Positions 1 to 9,430 of a stretch of DNA of 39,115 nt are shown here, piece after piece. The translations under genes and the position numbers were made by a program. The notes beneath the pieces are model-generated. The model worked only from the letters and a program-made list of their open reading frames with translations, searched no databases and was not told the origin of the DNA. Origin of the DNA: Candidatus Stahliibacteriota bacterium (GTDB taxonomy: Bacteria > Hydrothermota > Tepidihabitantia > B3-TA06); contig JAUVJT010000001.1 in assembly GCA_030592225.1 (NCBI GenBank), positions 1 through 39,115 on the forward strand, written 5' to 3'. Numbering within the stretch: the first letter of the stretch is position 1; each line of letters opens with the position of its first letter.

Positions 1-2519
1 AGCTCGGTGTGGGCAGTGATGGTCTGGTGGTGGTAGTCGGTGAGTACGTTGTAGGTGGGGAATTCGACTAGGATGGTGAAGGGGTTGCCGGGTACGTTGC
101 CGCGCCAGTCGAGGAAGGTGATGTTCTGCAGGCTGTGCCACAGCTCCACGTTACTGGAGTCTAAGTCGCGAACCTCGCAGCGGACCTCGATGTCGTGCTC
201 GTCGTCGTAACCGAAGTTCTCAACCATGCAGCTCGGGGTGATGGTGCTACCCTCGTCGTACCAGTCAGGCTGCTCATCCGGCTCTTCCGGCCAGTACAGA
301 TCGATCACGCCCACGTCGTGGGACAGCAGGCAGGTTACGTTGCGGCGAACGGTATCGTTGTACGGGCAGTGATCGGACTCATCAGGTCCAACCTCGCCCA
401 GACGAACCAGGCCGATGAGCTCGTAGAACACGAACGGCTCGGTCTCGTGGCAAACGCCCTCGGGAAGCCAAGGGGTAATCGCCACGAACAGGGTGTCGGG
501 ATCATCGGTGGCGTCGCCCATCCAGCCGAGGTGGCTGATCAGGGTGGTGTCGGCGAAGATGGTGTCGTTCTCGACGCCGTTGATCTTGCCGTAGGTGTCG
601 ATGGCGAAGAACTTCACCGGGAAGAAGCCGCCGTCAGGCTCGGTCTGACGACCGATGTTGGCGATGGCGATTTCCGGAGTGATGGCTACATCGGCCTCGA
701 CCCAGTCTATGTTGGGCTCTTCCATACGGAAGGCGGTGAGGTCATGGGCTTCCTCGTAGTAGCAGGGAGGTGAAGGCATGGGTGAAAGCGGATAGTCGCC
801 GAAGCCAAGGTGCACGAACAACTCGTTTGTACCAGTATAGTAGCTTGAATAATAAGCGCCCCAGTAGAACGAGCCGTTCATCAACAATCCGCCGCGGCCG
901 GGGCCGCTGCCCAGGTAGCAGGGATGCGGACCAGGCCAAGTCAACATGGCCGCCTCCATGTGGTAACCGGAAGGAGTGGAGGCGGGAGTCCAGGCTGCCC
1001 AGATGTTGCCGGGAGTGCTTGAACTAGCCCACGCTCCGAAGCCGCCAAAGTAGGCGTAGTTCCAGCCGGCCTGGAAGGTTTCGCAGGTCGCCTGGATTAC
1101 TTCGCCGCTGAGGGTGGTTGCGCCGCAGCCGCCGGTGGCCTCGTAGACCTCCATCGCGGGATAGCCGGTGCCGTAGAGGCTGGTAAGCCAGGTACGGCCG
1201 CCGCTGATCAGAACGCCGCCGTCTACGCCGTAGAAGGTCAGCCAGTGATAGTCGCCGTAGTTGATGCCCCAACCCCACCAGTCGCCGAAGTTCCAGTCGT
1301 AGCGGAAGGTGTCGTCGCAGTGCACCATGCTCTGCACGATGTGGGTATCATTGTGCTTACAGTCGTCGCGCTCCAGAGAGGTGAACAGCACCTTGTCGTA
1401 CAGCTCATCTATCTCGCCGGGCTCCCAGCAAGGAGCAACAATGGTGTCGTTGAAGTCGGGAAGCAGATCGTAGGCGCCAAGCACGTTGTGATACACTTGC
1501 TCGCCAGCCTCGTCGTAGATGTCGAGGGTGACGGTAAAGTGCTCGGTTTCCTGGCCGATGTTGCGAACCACAAGCTGGGGCTCGATTGGGGTGTAGCGAA
1601 GCACCATGCCGCCGGGGGACAGGAACGCGTAGGCTTCCACGTCATGCTTAAAGATGCGCTTGTAGCCCATGCGGATGCAGCGTCCGTTCTCGAGACCGTC
1701 AGGTCCAACGTCGGTATCGTAGTAGACACCAAAATTGCCCTCGTAGTCCTCGATACCCACCGCGGGAGGCATGTGCAGGTTATCTGCATCCCAGCCGGCG
1801 CTGGTGGTGCTGTACAGGAAGTGGATGAAGTGGTAGCTGAAGACGATTCCGCAGGCGCCCTCGGTAATCAGCTTGTCCTGACCGCCCAGGGACAAGAGAG
1901 CCTCAAAGGTAAAGACGTTGCCGGAAGAGTGACCCTCAACCTGATACCACTCAATACCCAGCATCCGATTGGTCGGATCGTACTCGTAGTAAACGCGGTT
2001 GTTGTCCGAAGGGTCCGGATCACGGGTAGGATCCATATCCTGCCACAGCGGAGCGATCAGCGCGTTGGGGTTGGCATTCACCGGGAAGGGGGGATCATCA
2101 GCCGGGGGATCGGGATAACCCTCTTCCGAGGTGTTGTCAAAGCTGACCCAGCCGTCCGGGGAGATGAAAAGTTTGTCTCCCGGCTCGTACCACACACCGT
2201 AATACCAGAAAGAGTCAGGCATGGTGTACTGGTAAGGCTCGTCATTGTACGGCGCCATCTTGCTACCGGTACTATGAATGTCTTGGTAGCCAGGCAGACC
2301 GGGGAGTGTCATACCGGAAAACGGAGGTCCGGACGCATCGTTATCGTACATCCAGTACCAGCCGTTGGGAACAGCCTTGGGGGCAGAAAACCAGCTTACG
2401 CCGCCGTCTTCTGCTGCGGGGGCTGTCCAGCTCCTAGCCTCTTCGGTAACAATGTTGCCTGCAAAGGCAATTGCCACGAAGCTTAGCATGAGAGCTACAG
2501 CAATAAGCTTTTTGCTCAT
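1..2519 (-). CDS. Large secreted protein with repeated CARDB-like beta-sandwich modules. The 5' end is in the window and the 3' end runs off the left edge (at least 839 codons).
   Basis: ATG at 2519-2517 with GGAGG (2532-2528) 8 nt upstream. The N-terminus MSKKLIAVALMLSFVAIAFAGN is a classic signal peptide. The frame is open in the stretches I hand-translated (1-60, 720-1080, 2400-2519) and appears open down to position 1, which would explain why a complete-ORF track omits it. Three segments of the type HD(V/L)..x..P.LVVRNIGQETE.FTV resemble CARDB domains. The protein is W/Y/D/P-rich. Confidence 0.7.
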   Translation of the reverse strand, partial: MSKKLIAVALMLSFVAIAFAGNIVTEEARSWTAPAAEDGGVSWFSAPKAVPNGWYWMYDNDASGPPFSGMTLPGLPGYQDIHSTGSKMAPYNDEPYQYTMPDSFWYYGVWYEPGDKLFISPDGWVSFDNTSEEGYPDPPADDPPFPVNANPNALIAPLWQDMDPTRDPDPSDNNRVYYEYDPTNRMLGIEWYQVEGHSSGNVFTFEALLSLGGQDKLITEGACGIVFSYHFIHFLYSTTSAGWDADNLHMPPAVGIEDYEGNFGVYYDTDVGPDGLENGRCIRMGYKRIFKHDVEAYAFLSPGGMVLRYTPIEPQLVVRNIGQETEHFTVTLDIYDEAGEQVYHNVLGAYDLLPDFNDTIVAPCWEPGEIDELYDKVLFTSLERDDCKHNDTHIVQSMVHCDDTFRYDWNFGDWWGWGINYGDYHWLTFYGVDGGVLISGGRTWLTSLYGTGYPAMEVYEATGGCGATTLSGEVIQATCETFQAGWNYAYFGGFGAWASSSTPGNIWAAWTPASTPSGYHMEAAMLTWPGPHPCYLGSGPGRGGLLMNGSFYWGAYYSSYYTGTNELFVHLGFGDYPLSPMPSPPCYYEEAHDLTAFRMEEPNIDWVEADVAITPEIAIANIGRQTEPDGGFFPVKFFAIDTYGKINGVENDTIFADTTLISHLGWMGDATDDPDTLFVAITPWLPEGVCHETEPFVFYELIGLVRLGEVGPDESDHCPYNDTVRRNVTCLLSHDVGVIDLYWPEEPDEQPDWYDEGSTITPSCMVENFGYDDEHDIEVRCEVRDLDSSNVELWHSLQNITFLDWRGNVPGNPFTILVEFPTYNVLTDYHHQTITAHTE

Positions 2520-2637
2520 TATTGATTCCTCCTTGAAAGGTTTGTTTTTGCACAAGGGGTTTTTCTTAACTTTCGCCCTTTGTTTTTGTTTATTTATGTT
2601 TCACCTCCATTGTCACAGTTTAGACTCTTTGATTTGA

Positions 2638-2665
2638 AGTATAGGGTTTTTCCCGAACTTGTCAA
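2638..2665 (-). promoter_or_regulatory. sigma70-type promoter for the secreted-protein gene
   Basis: On the minus strand, TTGACA (2665-2660), 16 nt spacer, TATACT (2643-2638). This gives a leader of about 115 nt to the ATG at 2519. Confidence 0.5.
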
Positions 2666-2950
2666 GCCCCACAAACAGACGCTTAAGGCAAACTCGAAAA
2701 CATCCCTATCCAGATTGTTCAAAGAGCGCATTTTGCTTATCTAAAAACCTAGCAAGTTGCGTGCCAGGCGACCTCCCGCTGGCCAACCTGCGCAATTGCG
2801 ACGCTTGGTTTTGTGGGGCGATTTTTACGCCGCGCCCAAATGTCACTTTAGTGAATCTGAGTTATAGAAATCCTTAATTCCTGCTGCACCCCGGTTATGA
2901 TCCTTGCGTTCGCAAAAGAAATTAATCTGAGGCGAACAAAGGCTCCTGTC

Positions 2951-2979
2951 TTGACTTTCATGCCCGGATAAGGTAGACT
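2951..2979 (+). promoter_or_regulatory. sigma70-type promoter of the glycosylation operon (leaderless geometry)
   Basis: TTGACT (2951-2956), 17 nt spacer, TAGACT (2974-2979). The -10 ends 6 nt before the ATG at 2986 and no Shine-Dalgarno is present. Confidence 0.5.
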
Positions 2980-2985
2980 TAACGT

Positions 2986-3894
2986 ATGAAGAAGATTCAG
3001 GTTTCCGTTATCATACCGGCATGCAACGAGGAGGAGAATATTCCTCTTCTCCTCAAAGAGTTCACAAAGCTATCTGCGAAAGACTTCAGCTTCGAGGTCT
3101 TGCTTGTAGATGACGGCAGCAGTGACCGTACCTATGAAATAGCTAAGAAGCTTGAGAAAAAATACGGGTTCCTGAAGACACTAAGACACCGGGCAAACTT
3201 CGGCATCACCCGCGCGCTGCAAACGGGATTTGCAAACGCCGGAGGTGAGGTGTTGGTATTCTTCCCGGCTGACCTGCAGTTTCTGGTAGAAGATATTCCC
3301 GCATTGGTCAATCCGATTTTAGCTGGGGAGGCCGATTTAGTGACCGGGCGCAAGCGAGGTCGTTACACCAGGCGTTTCGTTTCCGGTATATACAACACCC
3401 TGTCGAGGATACTGTTCAAGACAAAGGTAAAAGACCTCAATTCCATAAAGGCGTTCCGGAACGAGGTGGTGAAGGATATGACCTTGCGTAAGGACTGGCA
3501 CCGCTACCTGGTGGTGCTGGCGGCAAATGACGGTTGGCGAGTCGAGGAGGTGGAGGTTGCCTTAAAGCCCAGGATTCACGGGCGCTCCAAGTTTGGTTTC
3601 TGGCGCATCCCTGTAGGGGTGCTTGACATGATCTCCGTTGCCTTCCTGCTGAGATACTCCCGCAAACCCATGCTGCTGTTCGGGACTCTGGGAGGTGCGA
3701 GTATCGGCCTGGGTATCGTGGCCGGACTCACGGCTATCGTGCTGCGCATCTTCGGCATCGGGTTCAGACCATTGCTCTACCTCGTGATTCTTCTGGTGCT
3801 TCTGGGCGTGCTTCTGGTGATAGCCGGTTTTATCGCCGAACAGGTGGCCCAGATACGCGCGGAGATTGAGACTCTCAAACGCAGACAGCCTTAA
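2986..3894 (+). CDS. GT2 family glycosyltransferase, polyprenyl-phosphate sugar synthase type (GtrB/CsbB/ArnC/DPM1-like) with two C-terminal TM helices
   Basis: N-terminal VSVIIPACNEEENI...VDDGSSDRT GT-A signature and a central DXD-like region. The C-terminal hydrophobic pair (MLLFGTLGGASIGLGIVAGL.. / LLYLVILLVLLGVLLVIAGF) is typical of bactoprenol-phosphate glycosyltransferases. Confidence 0.85.
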   Translation: MKKIQVSVIIPACNEEENIPLLLKEFTKLSAKDFSFEVLLVDDGSSDRTYEIAKKLEKKYGFLKTLRHRANFGITRALQTGFANAGGEVLVFFPADLQFLVEDIPALVNPILAGEADLVTGRKRGRYTRRFVSGIYNTLSRILFKTKVKDLNSIKAFRNEVVKDMTLRKDWHRYLVVLAANDGWRVEEVEVALKPRIHGRSKFGFWRIPVGVLDMISVAFLLRYSRKPMLLFGTLGGASIGLGIVAGLTAIVLRIFGIGFRPLLYLVILLVLLGVLLVIAGFIAEQVAQIRAEIETLKRRQP

Positions 3895-3898
3895 CCCC

Positions 3899-5065
3899 AT
3901 GCGGGTTTTATACCTGACCCATAACTATCCGAGATTTACGGGCGATCCATCCGGGGCGTTCATCGAAGAACTGGTTCGAGCGCTCCCCCAGGATGAAGTG
4001 AGCGCTTTCGTTCTCTGTCCTCATGCAAAAGGTCTGGGCGAGAAGGAATCCAGGAACGGTGCAGTTATATGCAGATTCAGGTATGCGCAGGAGGATAGTG
4101 AGACCTTGGCATACGAAGGCAAGATGCTTGACGCTTTGAAGCAAGGAGGAGCGGGGTTGCGGCTTCTTGCATCATTCATCCGATCCTTTGTCCACAAGAC
4201 ACAAAAGATTATAGAGGAGGAAAAGATAGACCTGGTTCACGCCCACTGGTTATTGCCTGCAGGGGTAGCCGCAAGGATTGCCCTGCGAGGTTCAAGACTG
4301 CCGCTTGTCCTTAGCTCGCACGGCACCGACGTAAGGATGCTGAATGGATTGCCGCTTGGGGATCAACTGGCGCGTTGGGTGTTGGGAAGGGTGCGGATAT
4401 TCCTGCCCGTATCCGGCTACCTGGGGACGCAACTTGAGCAACGCTCCGGCATGAGTCTGCCAAAAGAGATACTGCCCATGCCTGCATCGGGGATGTTCGT
4501 TGCGCCGCCGAGGAGAACGCTTGCACGCAGAGTAGTGGCGGTGGGCAACCTTACCCGACAGAAGCGATTTGACGTATTAATACGAGCCTTGGGTAAACTG
4601 AACGAACGAGGGATAACGCTTGAGCTTACCCTGGTGGGCGACGGCCCGGAGAGAAATCTACTGGAGGGCTTGGTTGAGAAGGAAGGAATAGCAGGGAGGG
4701 TGAAGTTCCTCGGACGCAGACCCCATCACGAACTGCCAGGGATATTAGAAGACGCGGGGGTGATGGTACTGCCTTCGGTGGCCGAGGGGTTCGGCATGGT
4801 TCTTGCCGAAGCCCAGCTTGCCGGACTTGCGGTGATTGGCGCCGACGCCGGAGGACAGCGAGAGATGATTGAACATGGAAGGACGGGTATACTCGCCGAG
4901 CCGGACGATCCACATGCCCTGGCCTGCGCGATTGAGAACCTTTATAATAATGAAAGAGAAACACTGAAGATGGCAAGGCAAGGTCAGGAAACAGCCAAGG
5001 CACGCTTCCTTGCCGCACCCACCGCGGCCAGACTCGCCCGGATTTACAAAAGGATTCTGGCGTGA
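3899..5065 (+). CDS. GT4 (family 1) glycosyltransferase
   Basis: MRVLYLTHNYPRF N-terminus. C-terminal EGFGMVLAEAQLAGLAVIGADAGGQREMIEHGRTGIL (E-x7-E motif). I prefer the ATG at 3899, 4 nt after the upstream stop, over the track start at 3866, which overlaps the GT2 gene. Confidence 0.85.
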   Translation: MRVLYLTHNYPRFTGDPSGAFIEELVRALPQDEVSAFVLCPHAKGLGEKESRNGAVICRFRYAQEDSETLAYEGKMLDALKQGGAGLRLLASFIRSFVHKTQKIIEEEKIDLVHAHWLLPAGVAARIALRGSRLPLVLSSHGTDVRMLNGLPLGDQLARWVLGRVRIFLPVSGYLGTQLEQRSGMSLPKEILPMPASGMFVAPPRRTLARRVVAVGNLTRQKRFDVLIRALGKLNERGITLELTLVGDGPERNLLEGLVEKEGIAGRVKFLGRRPHHELPGILEDAGVMVLPSVAEGFGMVLAEAQLAGLAVIGADAGGQREMIEHGRTGILAEPDDPHALACAIENLYNNERETLKMARQGQETAKARFLAAPTAARLARIYKRILA

Positions 5066-6057
5066 ACCAGCCGATTCCGAAGCCTGAACCGCAAAAGGCC
5101 TGGAAACGTGCGCTGCGCTGGGTCGTCCAGATTGCGGTGATCGGGGCCATAGGTTTCTTTCTGGTACGAACGGTAGTGCGCAACTGGCAGGAGGTAGCTA
5201 ATTTCTCCTGGCAGTTCAATCCCTGGCTGCTGGCCGCCTCTTTGATTTTACTGGCGGGAACCCTGTTCTACATGATTGTGCTGTGGCGCTGGCTGCTTGC
5301 CAGGCTCGGAAGCAGGATTCCTTTGAAGTCGGCTTTCAGGATATTCTCGCTATCTTCTCTGGGCCGCTACCTGCCCGGCAAGGTATGGCAGGTGGTGGGA
5401 ATGGTCTACCTTGGGAAGCGGGAAGGGGTAAGACCGGAGGCCGGGGTATGGGCTGCCCTGCTGGCTCAGATTCTCGCCGTGCTTTCAGGCATACTGATAG
5501 TCGTTTTCTCTTTCCTGATTGAGCAGGAGAGATTGTTGACACCCCTGCTCGAACGAATCGGCGTGTTACAACGGGTGTCGTTGTGGTGGTTGATTTTGCC
5601 TTTGGCGGCGATTCTTATCCTGCTGCACCCCAGGATACTGGCGTGGGCAACCAACCTGCTTTTGAAGATATTGAAGAGAGCACCGATTCGCTTTGAGCTT
5701 TCTTACTGGGGATTGCTGGGTTTCTTTCTTCTATATATAATAAGCTGGCTGCTCTACGGCACGGCCTTCTACCTTTTCCTCACGTCGGTGAATCCCTTAC
5801 CCATCACCGACTGGATACTGGTAACCGGCGGTTTTGCCGGTGCCTACATTGTGGGACTTCTTGCGATATTCGTCCCTGGAGGCCTTGGGGTGCGTGAGGG
5901 TCTGCTGGCAGTGTTCCTTGCCGGGCTGGTGGGATCGGGTGTGGCGGTGGCGCTTTCATTTGGACAGCGGCTGTGGTTCACGGCCGTTGAGTTGACTTTT
6001 GTGGCAATCTCGCTTATCTTCTTGCGGAGGAAAAATGGCAAAGAAACGAAAACATAA
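5062..6057 (+). CDS. Polytopic membrane protein, LPG_synthase_TM / MprF-flippase-like (UPF0104) family
   Basis: About 8 predicted TM helices. The KRALRWVVQIAVIGAIGFFL start and the FVPGGLGVREG motif are characteristic of this family. The GTG start overlaps the GT4 stop (GTGA). Confidence 0.7.
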   Translation: MNQPIPKPEPQKAWKRALRWVVQIAVIGAIGFFLVRTVVRNWQEVANFSWQFNPWLLAASLILLAGTLFYMIVLWRWLLARLGSRIPLKSAFRIFSLSSLGRYLPGKVWQVVGMVYLGKREGVRPEAGVWAALLAQILAVLSGILIVVFSFLIEQERLLTPLLERIGVLQRVSLWWLILPLAAILILLHPRILAWATNLLLKILKRAPIRFELSYWGLLGFFLLYIISWLLYGTAFYLFLTSVNPLPITDWILVTGGFAGAYIVGLLAIFVPGGLGVREGLLAVFLAGLVGSGVAVALSFGQRLWFTAVELTFVAISLIFLRRKNGKETKT

Positions 6058-8617
6058 ACCGGCTAAGCCGGCGCCTAGCAGAGAAATTCCCCACAAACCG
6101 GTTCAAATCGGCTGGGGCTGGATTCTTCTTGGACTGGCAGTGGTTGTTTTTATCCTTTTCATCAACACCCTGGCAAAAGGACACTTCATTCATGGGTCCG
6201 ATCAAATGATCTCCGGCTACATGTTCAAGACCTTTGCCCAGGAGAACTTGCGGGCAACCGGGGCTTTCCCGTTGTGGAACCCCTATATCTTCGGCGGCCT
6301 TCCCTACGTTGACGCCCTGCACGGCGATGTGTTCTACGTCACTGCCTTACTCAGACTCATCTTTCCGGTAGGCACGGTGATGGCGCTGGTGTTCGTACTG
6401 CAGATAATCGTGGCCGGAATCTTCACCTATGGATTTTTGAGAACCCTGAAACAGGACAAGCTGGTGGCCATTTTCGGTGCGGTTGCATACATGTTTACCT
6501 GCGTTATCGTATCGCTGGTAGACGCCGGGCACGACGGCAAGGTGATAGTGGCCTCGTTCCTGCCCGCAGGCATGTTTTTGATACAAAAGGCGTTCGACCC
6601 GGAGACCAGACGCAAATTGATGTACTTCGCGCTCCTGGCATTAGTGATAGGCCTGGCATTGCTGTCGCCGCACGTCCAGATGACCTACTACATGATGATG
6701 ATGATGGCCTTCTACATCATCTTTCTGTTCTTTGCGCTGGGAATCAAGGAAAAGAAATGGGGTTTTGCCACAAAGAGCCTGGGGCTGTCATTCGGGTCAT
6801 TAGCCTTGGGTTTTGCGATTTCCGCCATTCAATTCCTGCCCTCCATAAGTTATCTGGCCTTCTCCCCTCGCGGCGCGGGCGGACGAGGCTGGGTGTGGAA
6901 CACCTCGTGGTCATTACCTCGACTGGAATTGTTCGATTTGTTTAACCCCCGATTTTCAGGAATATTAGGAAACTATTGGGGAGCCAACGCCTTCAAGCAG
7001 CATTCCGAGTACTTCGGCATAATCATCCTGGCTTTGATGATAGTGGGCATAATAATGGCATGGAAACGCAGGGAAACCAAGTTTTTCTCTTTCTTTGCAT
7101 TGTTCGGCATACTGATGGCCCTGGGCGGCAATACACCGTTCTACCGCATTCCTTATACCATCTTCCCGCTTCTTAACGGCTTCCGCGCCCCGGCCATGAT
7201 ATTCTTCACCGTTAGTTTCTGTGCAGTGGTACTGGCTGCACTGGGATTGCAGGCCGCCCTTAACAGGCCGCTCAGGCTTCCCAAGCACAAGAAGAAACCC
7301 GATCCTGCAGTCATTGTATTTACGGTCGTGGCCGGGCTTTTGATGATCTTTGGATTATGGTCTTCTTTAGCCCCCGATGGTTTTGCCAATTTCATCTCCT
7401 CCATTGCCGCAGGCAACCTGGTAAAAATCCATGGGGATGCACGGGCAGGCGCCCTGCTTGCCAGGATGCGAACCAACGTGCCCAATGCCGAGGGCGGCTT
7501 CTGGCTGGGATTCTTGTTCACCGCTGCAGGACTGGCGACGGTTTTTCTGTGGAGGAAATTCCGCAAGCTCCAGTGGCTGTGGGGGCTTTCGCTTACCGCC
7601 CTGGTGTTTCTGGACCTGTGGCTGGTTGACAGGCATTTCGTGAACGTAGTAAGGGACGGGGCGGGCAACCCCGCCTCTGCCGAACAACTGTACGCGCCGG
7701 ACGAGGTTGTATCCTTCCTGGGGAAACAGCAGGGGCCCTACCGGGTCTTTGGTCTGCAGTTCCAGGGACAGGACATTTACCGCAATGACGATTACCTCAT
7801 GCTCTACCGCATCCAGTCGGTGGGCGGCTACCACGGCAACCAGCTGGGTCGCTACCAGGAATTCATAGACGTACCCGGCGAACCCCGCACCATCATGTTC
7901 CGTAATCCCCGCAACCTGCGCTATCCCGCGTTCCTTAAGATGCTGGATATTCAGTACCTCATCGCTCCACGGCTGCCCGACACCAGTCAACTTGCAGCCT
8001 ACTCCCCCCAGGACCGACAGATAATAATGGCGCTGACCCTGGAGCTGGCCCCATGGCTCGACTCAACCCACAGCGACTTCCGTCCGGTTTATGCAGGCCA
8101 GCGCTATGAGATATACCGGAATGAAGGCAGGCATGCTCGCGCCTGGTTGTGTTCGGAAGTTGAGGTAATTGAGCCGGACGATGCCATACTTGCACGAATG
8201 CGGCGCGCCGACTTCGACCCCCACCGCACCGTGATCTTTGAGGAACGGCCTGAAGGCTGGAAACCGTCTGTGGATACCTCTTCACCCGGCCAGATCAGGA
8301 TTACGAGATATGAACCCAACGTGATAGAGATAGCCGCGGACGTAAGGAAACAATCGGCCCTGGTGTTATCGGAGAACTGGTATCCTTATTATAGAGCCTG
8401 GGTGGACGGAGTTGAACAGAAGGTCTACCGGGCCGACTACACGTTGAGAGCGGTGACGCTTGAGCCGGGTTCCCACCAGGTGGTGTTCCGATTCAAATCC
8501 CCTTACGTGACCGCCGGTGTGTGGATTACGTTCCTCTCTCTGGGACTCGTTGGACTGGTGGTCGCGCTATCTTTGATTAAAACCAAGGGAAAGAAATCGA
8601 AGAAATTCGATGCTTGA
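6035..8617 (+). CDS. YfhO-family membrane protein (GT-C-like glycosyltransferase)
   Basis: ATG at 6035 follows GGAGG (6026-6030). There are many TM helices, the N-terminal region has FPLWNPYIFGGLPY, and the C-terminal soluble part has ENWYPYYRAWVDG...YRADYTLRAVTLEPGSHQVVFRF followed by a final TM helix. This layout is typical of YfhO. Confidence 0.75.
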   Translation: MAKKRKHKPAKPAPSREIPHKPVQIGWGWILLGLAVVVFILFINTLAKGHFIHGSDQMISGYMFKTFAQENLRATGAFPLWNPYIFGGLPYVDALHGDVFYVTALLRLIFPVGTVMALVFVLQIIVAGIFTYGFLRTLKQDKLVAIFGAVAYMFTCVIVSLVDAGHDGKVIVASFLPAGMFLIQKAFDPETRRKLMYFALLALVIGLALLSPHVQMTYYMMMMMAFYIIFLFFALGIKEKKWGFATKSLGLSFGSLALGFAISAIQFLPSISYLAFSPRGAGGRGWVWNTSWSLPRLELFDLFNPRFSGILGNYWGANAFKQHSEYFGIIILALMIVGIIMAWKRRETKFFSFFALFGILMALGGNTPFYRIPYTIFPLLNGFRAPAMIFFTVSFCAVVLAALGLQAALNRPLRLPKHKKKPDPAVIVFTVVAGLLMIFGLWSSLAPDGFANFISSIAAGNLVKIHGDARAGALLARMRTNVPNAEGGFWLGFLFTAAGLATVFLWRKFRKLQWLWGLSLTALVFLDLWLVDRHFVNVVRDGAGNPASAEQLYAPDEVVSFLGKQQGPYRVFGLQFQGQDIYRNDDYLMLYRIQSVGGYHGNQLGRYQEFIDVPGEPRTIMFRNPRNLRYPAFLKMLDIQYLIAPRLPDTSQLAAYSPQDRQIIMALTLELAPWLDSTHSDFRPVYAGQRYEIYRNEGRHARAWLCSEVEVIEPDDAILARMRRADFDPHRTVIFEERPEGWKPSVDTSSPGQIRITRYEPNVIEIAADVRKQSALVLSENWYPYYRAWVDGVEQKVYRADYTLRAVTLEPGSHQVVFRFKSPYVTAGVWITFLSLGLVGLVVALSLIKTKGKKSKKFDA

Positions 8618-8651
8618 TAGGGTGTCATCTCTCTAATTCTCTGTGGTAAAG

Positions 8652-8676
8652 AAAAAGCCCCCGCGGGGGATTTTTC
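8652..8676. terminator. Bidirectional intrinsic terminator between convergent genes
   Basis: AAAAAGCCCCCGCGGGGGATTTTT: a GC palindrome flanked by an A-run and a T-run, located between the YfhO stop (8617) and the lipoprotein stop (8693). Confidence 0.5.
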
Positions 8677-8692
8677 AAAGCTTTACTTTCGA

Positions 8693-9430
8693 TTAGAGTC
8701 CTGACCATACAAAGGGCTTAAAAGCGGTCGACTTGTTGGAGAGTTTGTCGCCGATCCCCTTGTTAGTGGTAACCTTTATCACATAGGCTTCTACGACCGC
8801 GGGAGCGGACAGTCCGAACGTATATGAACCTTCTGTGTCAGATGCATCAAGGGAAACATCAATCGGTCCCTCCACTGGATCAGTCAGAGCAAGTAGTAAC
8901 TCAAGGTCGGGATCGGTAAGGTCTATTTCTTCACCGTCGAAGATAGAGACTTTATAGTTCAGGTAATCTTCGTCCTCGTAGGTGAGCTTATCCCAGGTGA
9001 CTACAATCGAGGTTTCTCTCAGGGTATCCTGCGGCGCAGTTATCTCGAGTATAGGCAGCGTTTTCACCGTTATCTCATCGTACTCGGTCAGGTCGTTACC
9101 ATCCAGCAGCCACAGGGTGTAGTTGTAGGTGAAATTCGGTGTCAGGGTATCTACATCCAGATACATCGTACTTTGCACTTCAATCTCGACGGTGTCGCGT
9201 TTATCTGAACCATCCCGACCGAACACCGCCTGCTCGTCGGACACACCGGTGCCTGTGAACACGTACTCGATATCAACGAACGCGAACTCCTTGGAGCCGC
9301 CTATCGCCTGGACGGAGTTGATGCGGGAAGCGGATTTGGCCACACCCTTGGTTAGCGCATCTTTTATGAAATCACAACCCAGTACAGCCAGGGCAATTAA
9401 CAGGACAGGTAAAACCTTTTTTATGTTCAT
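8693..9430 (-). CDS. Lipoprotein of unknown function (Ig/Fn3-like repeats likely)
   Basis: MNIKKVLPVLLIALAVLGC carries a lipobox (LAVLG|C). RBS AGGAGG lies upstream. The protein is acidic and beta-rich, with TSIVVTWDKL..YKVSIF Fn3-like strands. Confidence 0.7.
   Translation of the reverse strand: MNIKKVLPVLLIALAVLGCDFIKDALTKGVAKSASRINSVQAIGGSKEFAFVDIEYVFTGTGVSDEQAVFGRDGSDKRDTVEIEVQSTMYLDVDTLTPNFTYNYTLWLLDGNDLTEYDEITVKTLPILEITAPQDTLRETSIVVTWDKLTYEDEDYLNYKVSIFDGEEIDLTDPDLELLLALTDPVEGPIDVSLDASDTEGSYTFGLSAPAVVEAYVIKVTTNKGIGDKLSNKSTAFKPFVWSGL

Noticed and set aside
195-2486. Long + strand ORFs 195-773 and 1245-2486 (192 and 413 aa)
   Set aside because: Their composition is V/G/H/A-rich with no recognisable motifs, and they are codon-aligned antisense to a well-supported minus-strand gene with an RBS and a signal peptide. 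They are shadow ORFs.
3866-3898. Upstream-extended starts offered by the track (3866, 5999, 15135, 18650, 26321, 34854)
   Set aside because: Each extension overlaps the preceding gene or lacks an RBS. An internal start gives the canonical family N-terminus and/or follows a Shine-Dalgarno or a -10 box (3899, 6035, 15207, 18746, 26396, 34917).
6692-6706. (ATG)5 trinucleotide repeat in the YfhO gene
   Set aside because: It is in frame, encodes MMMMM within a TM helix, and is too short to be a convincing variable microsatellite.
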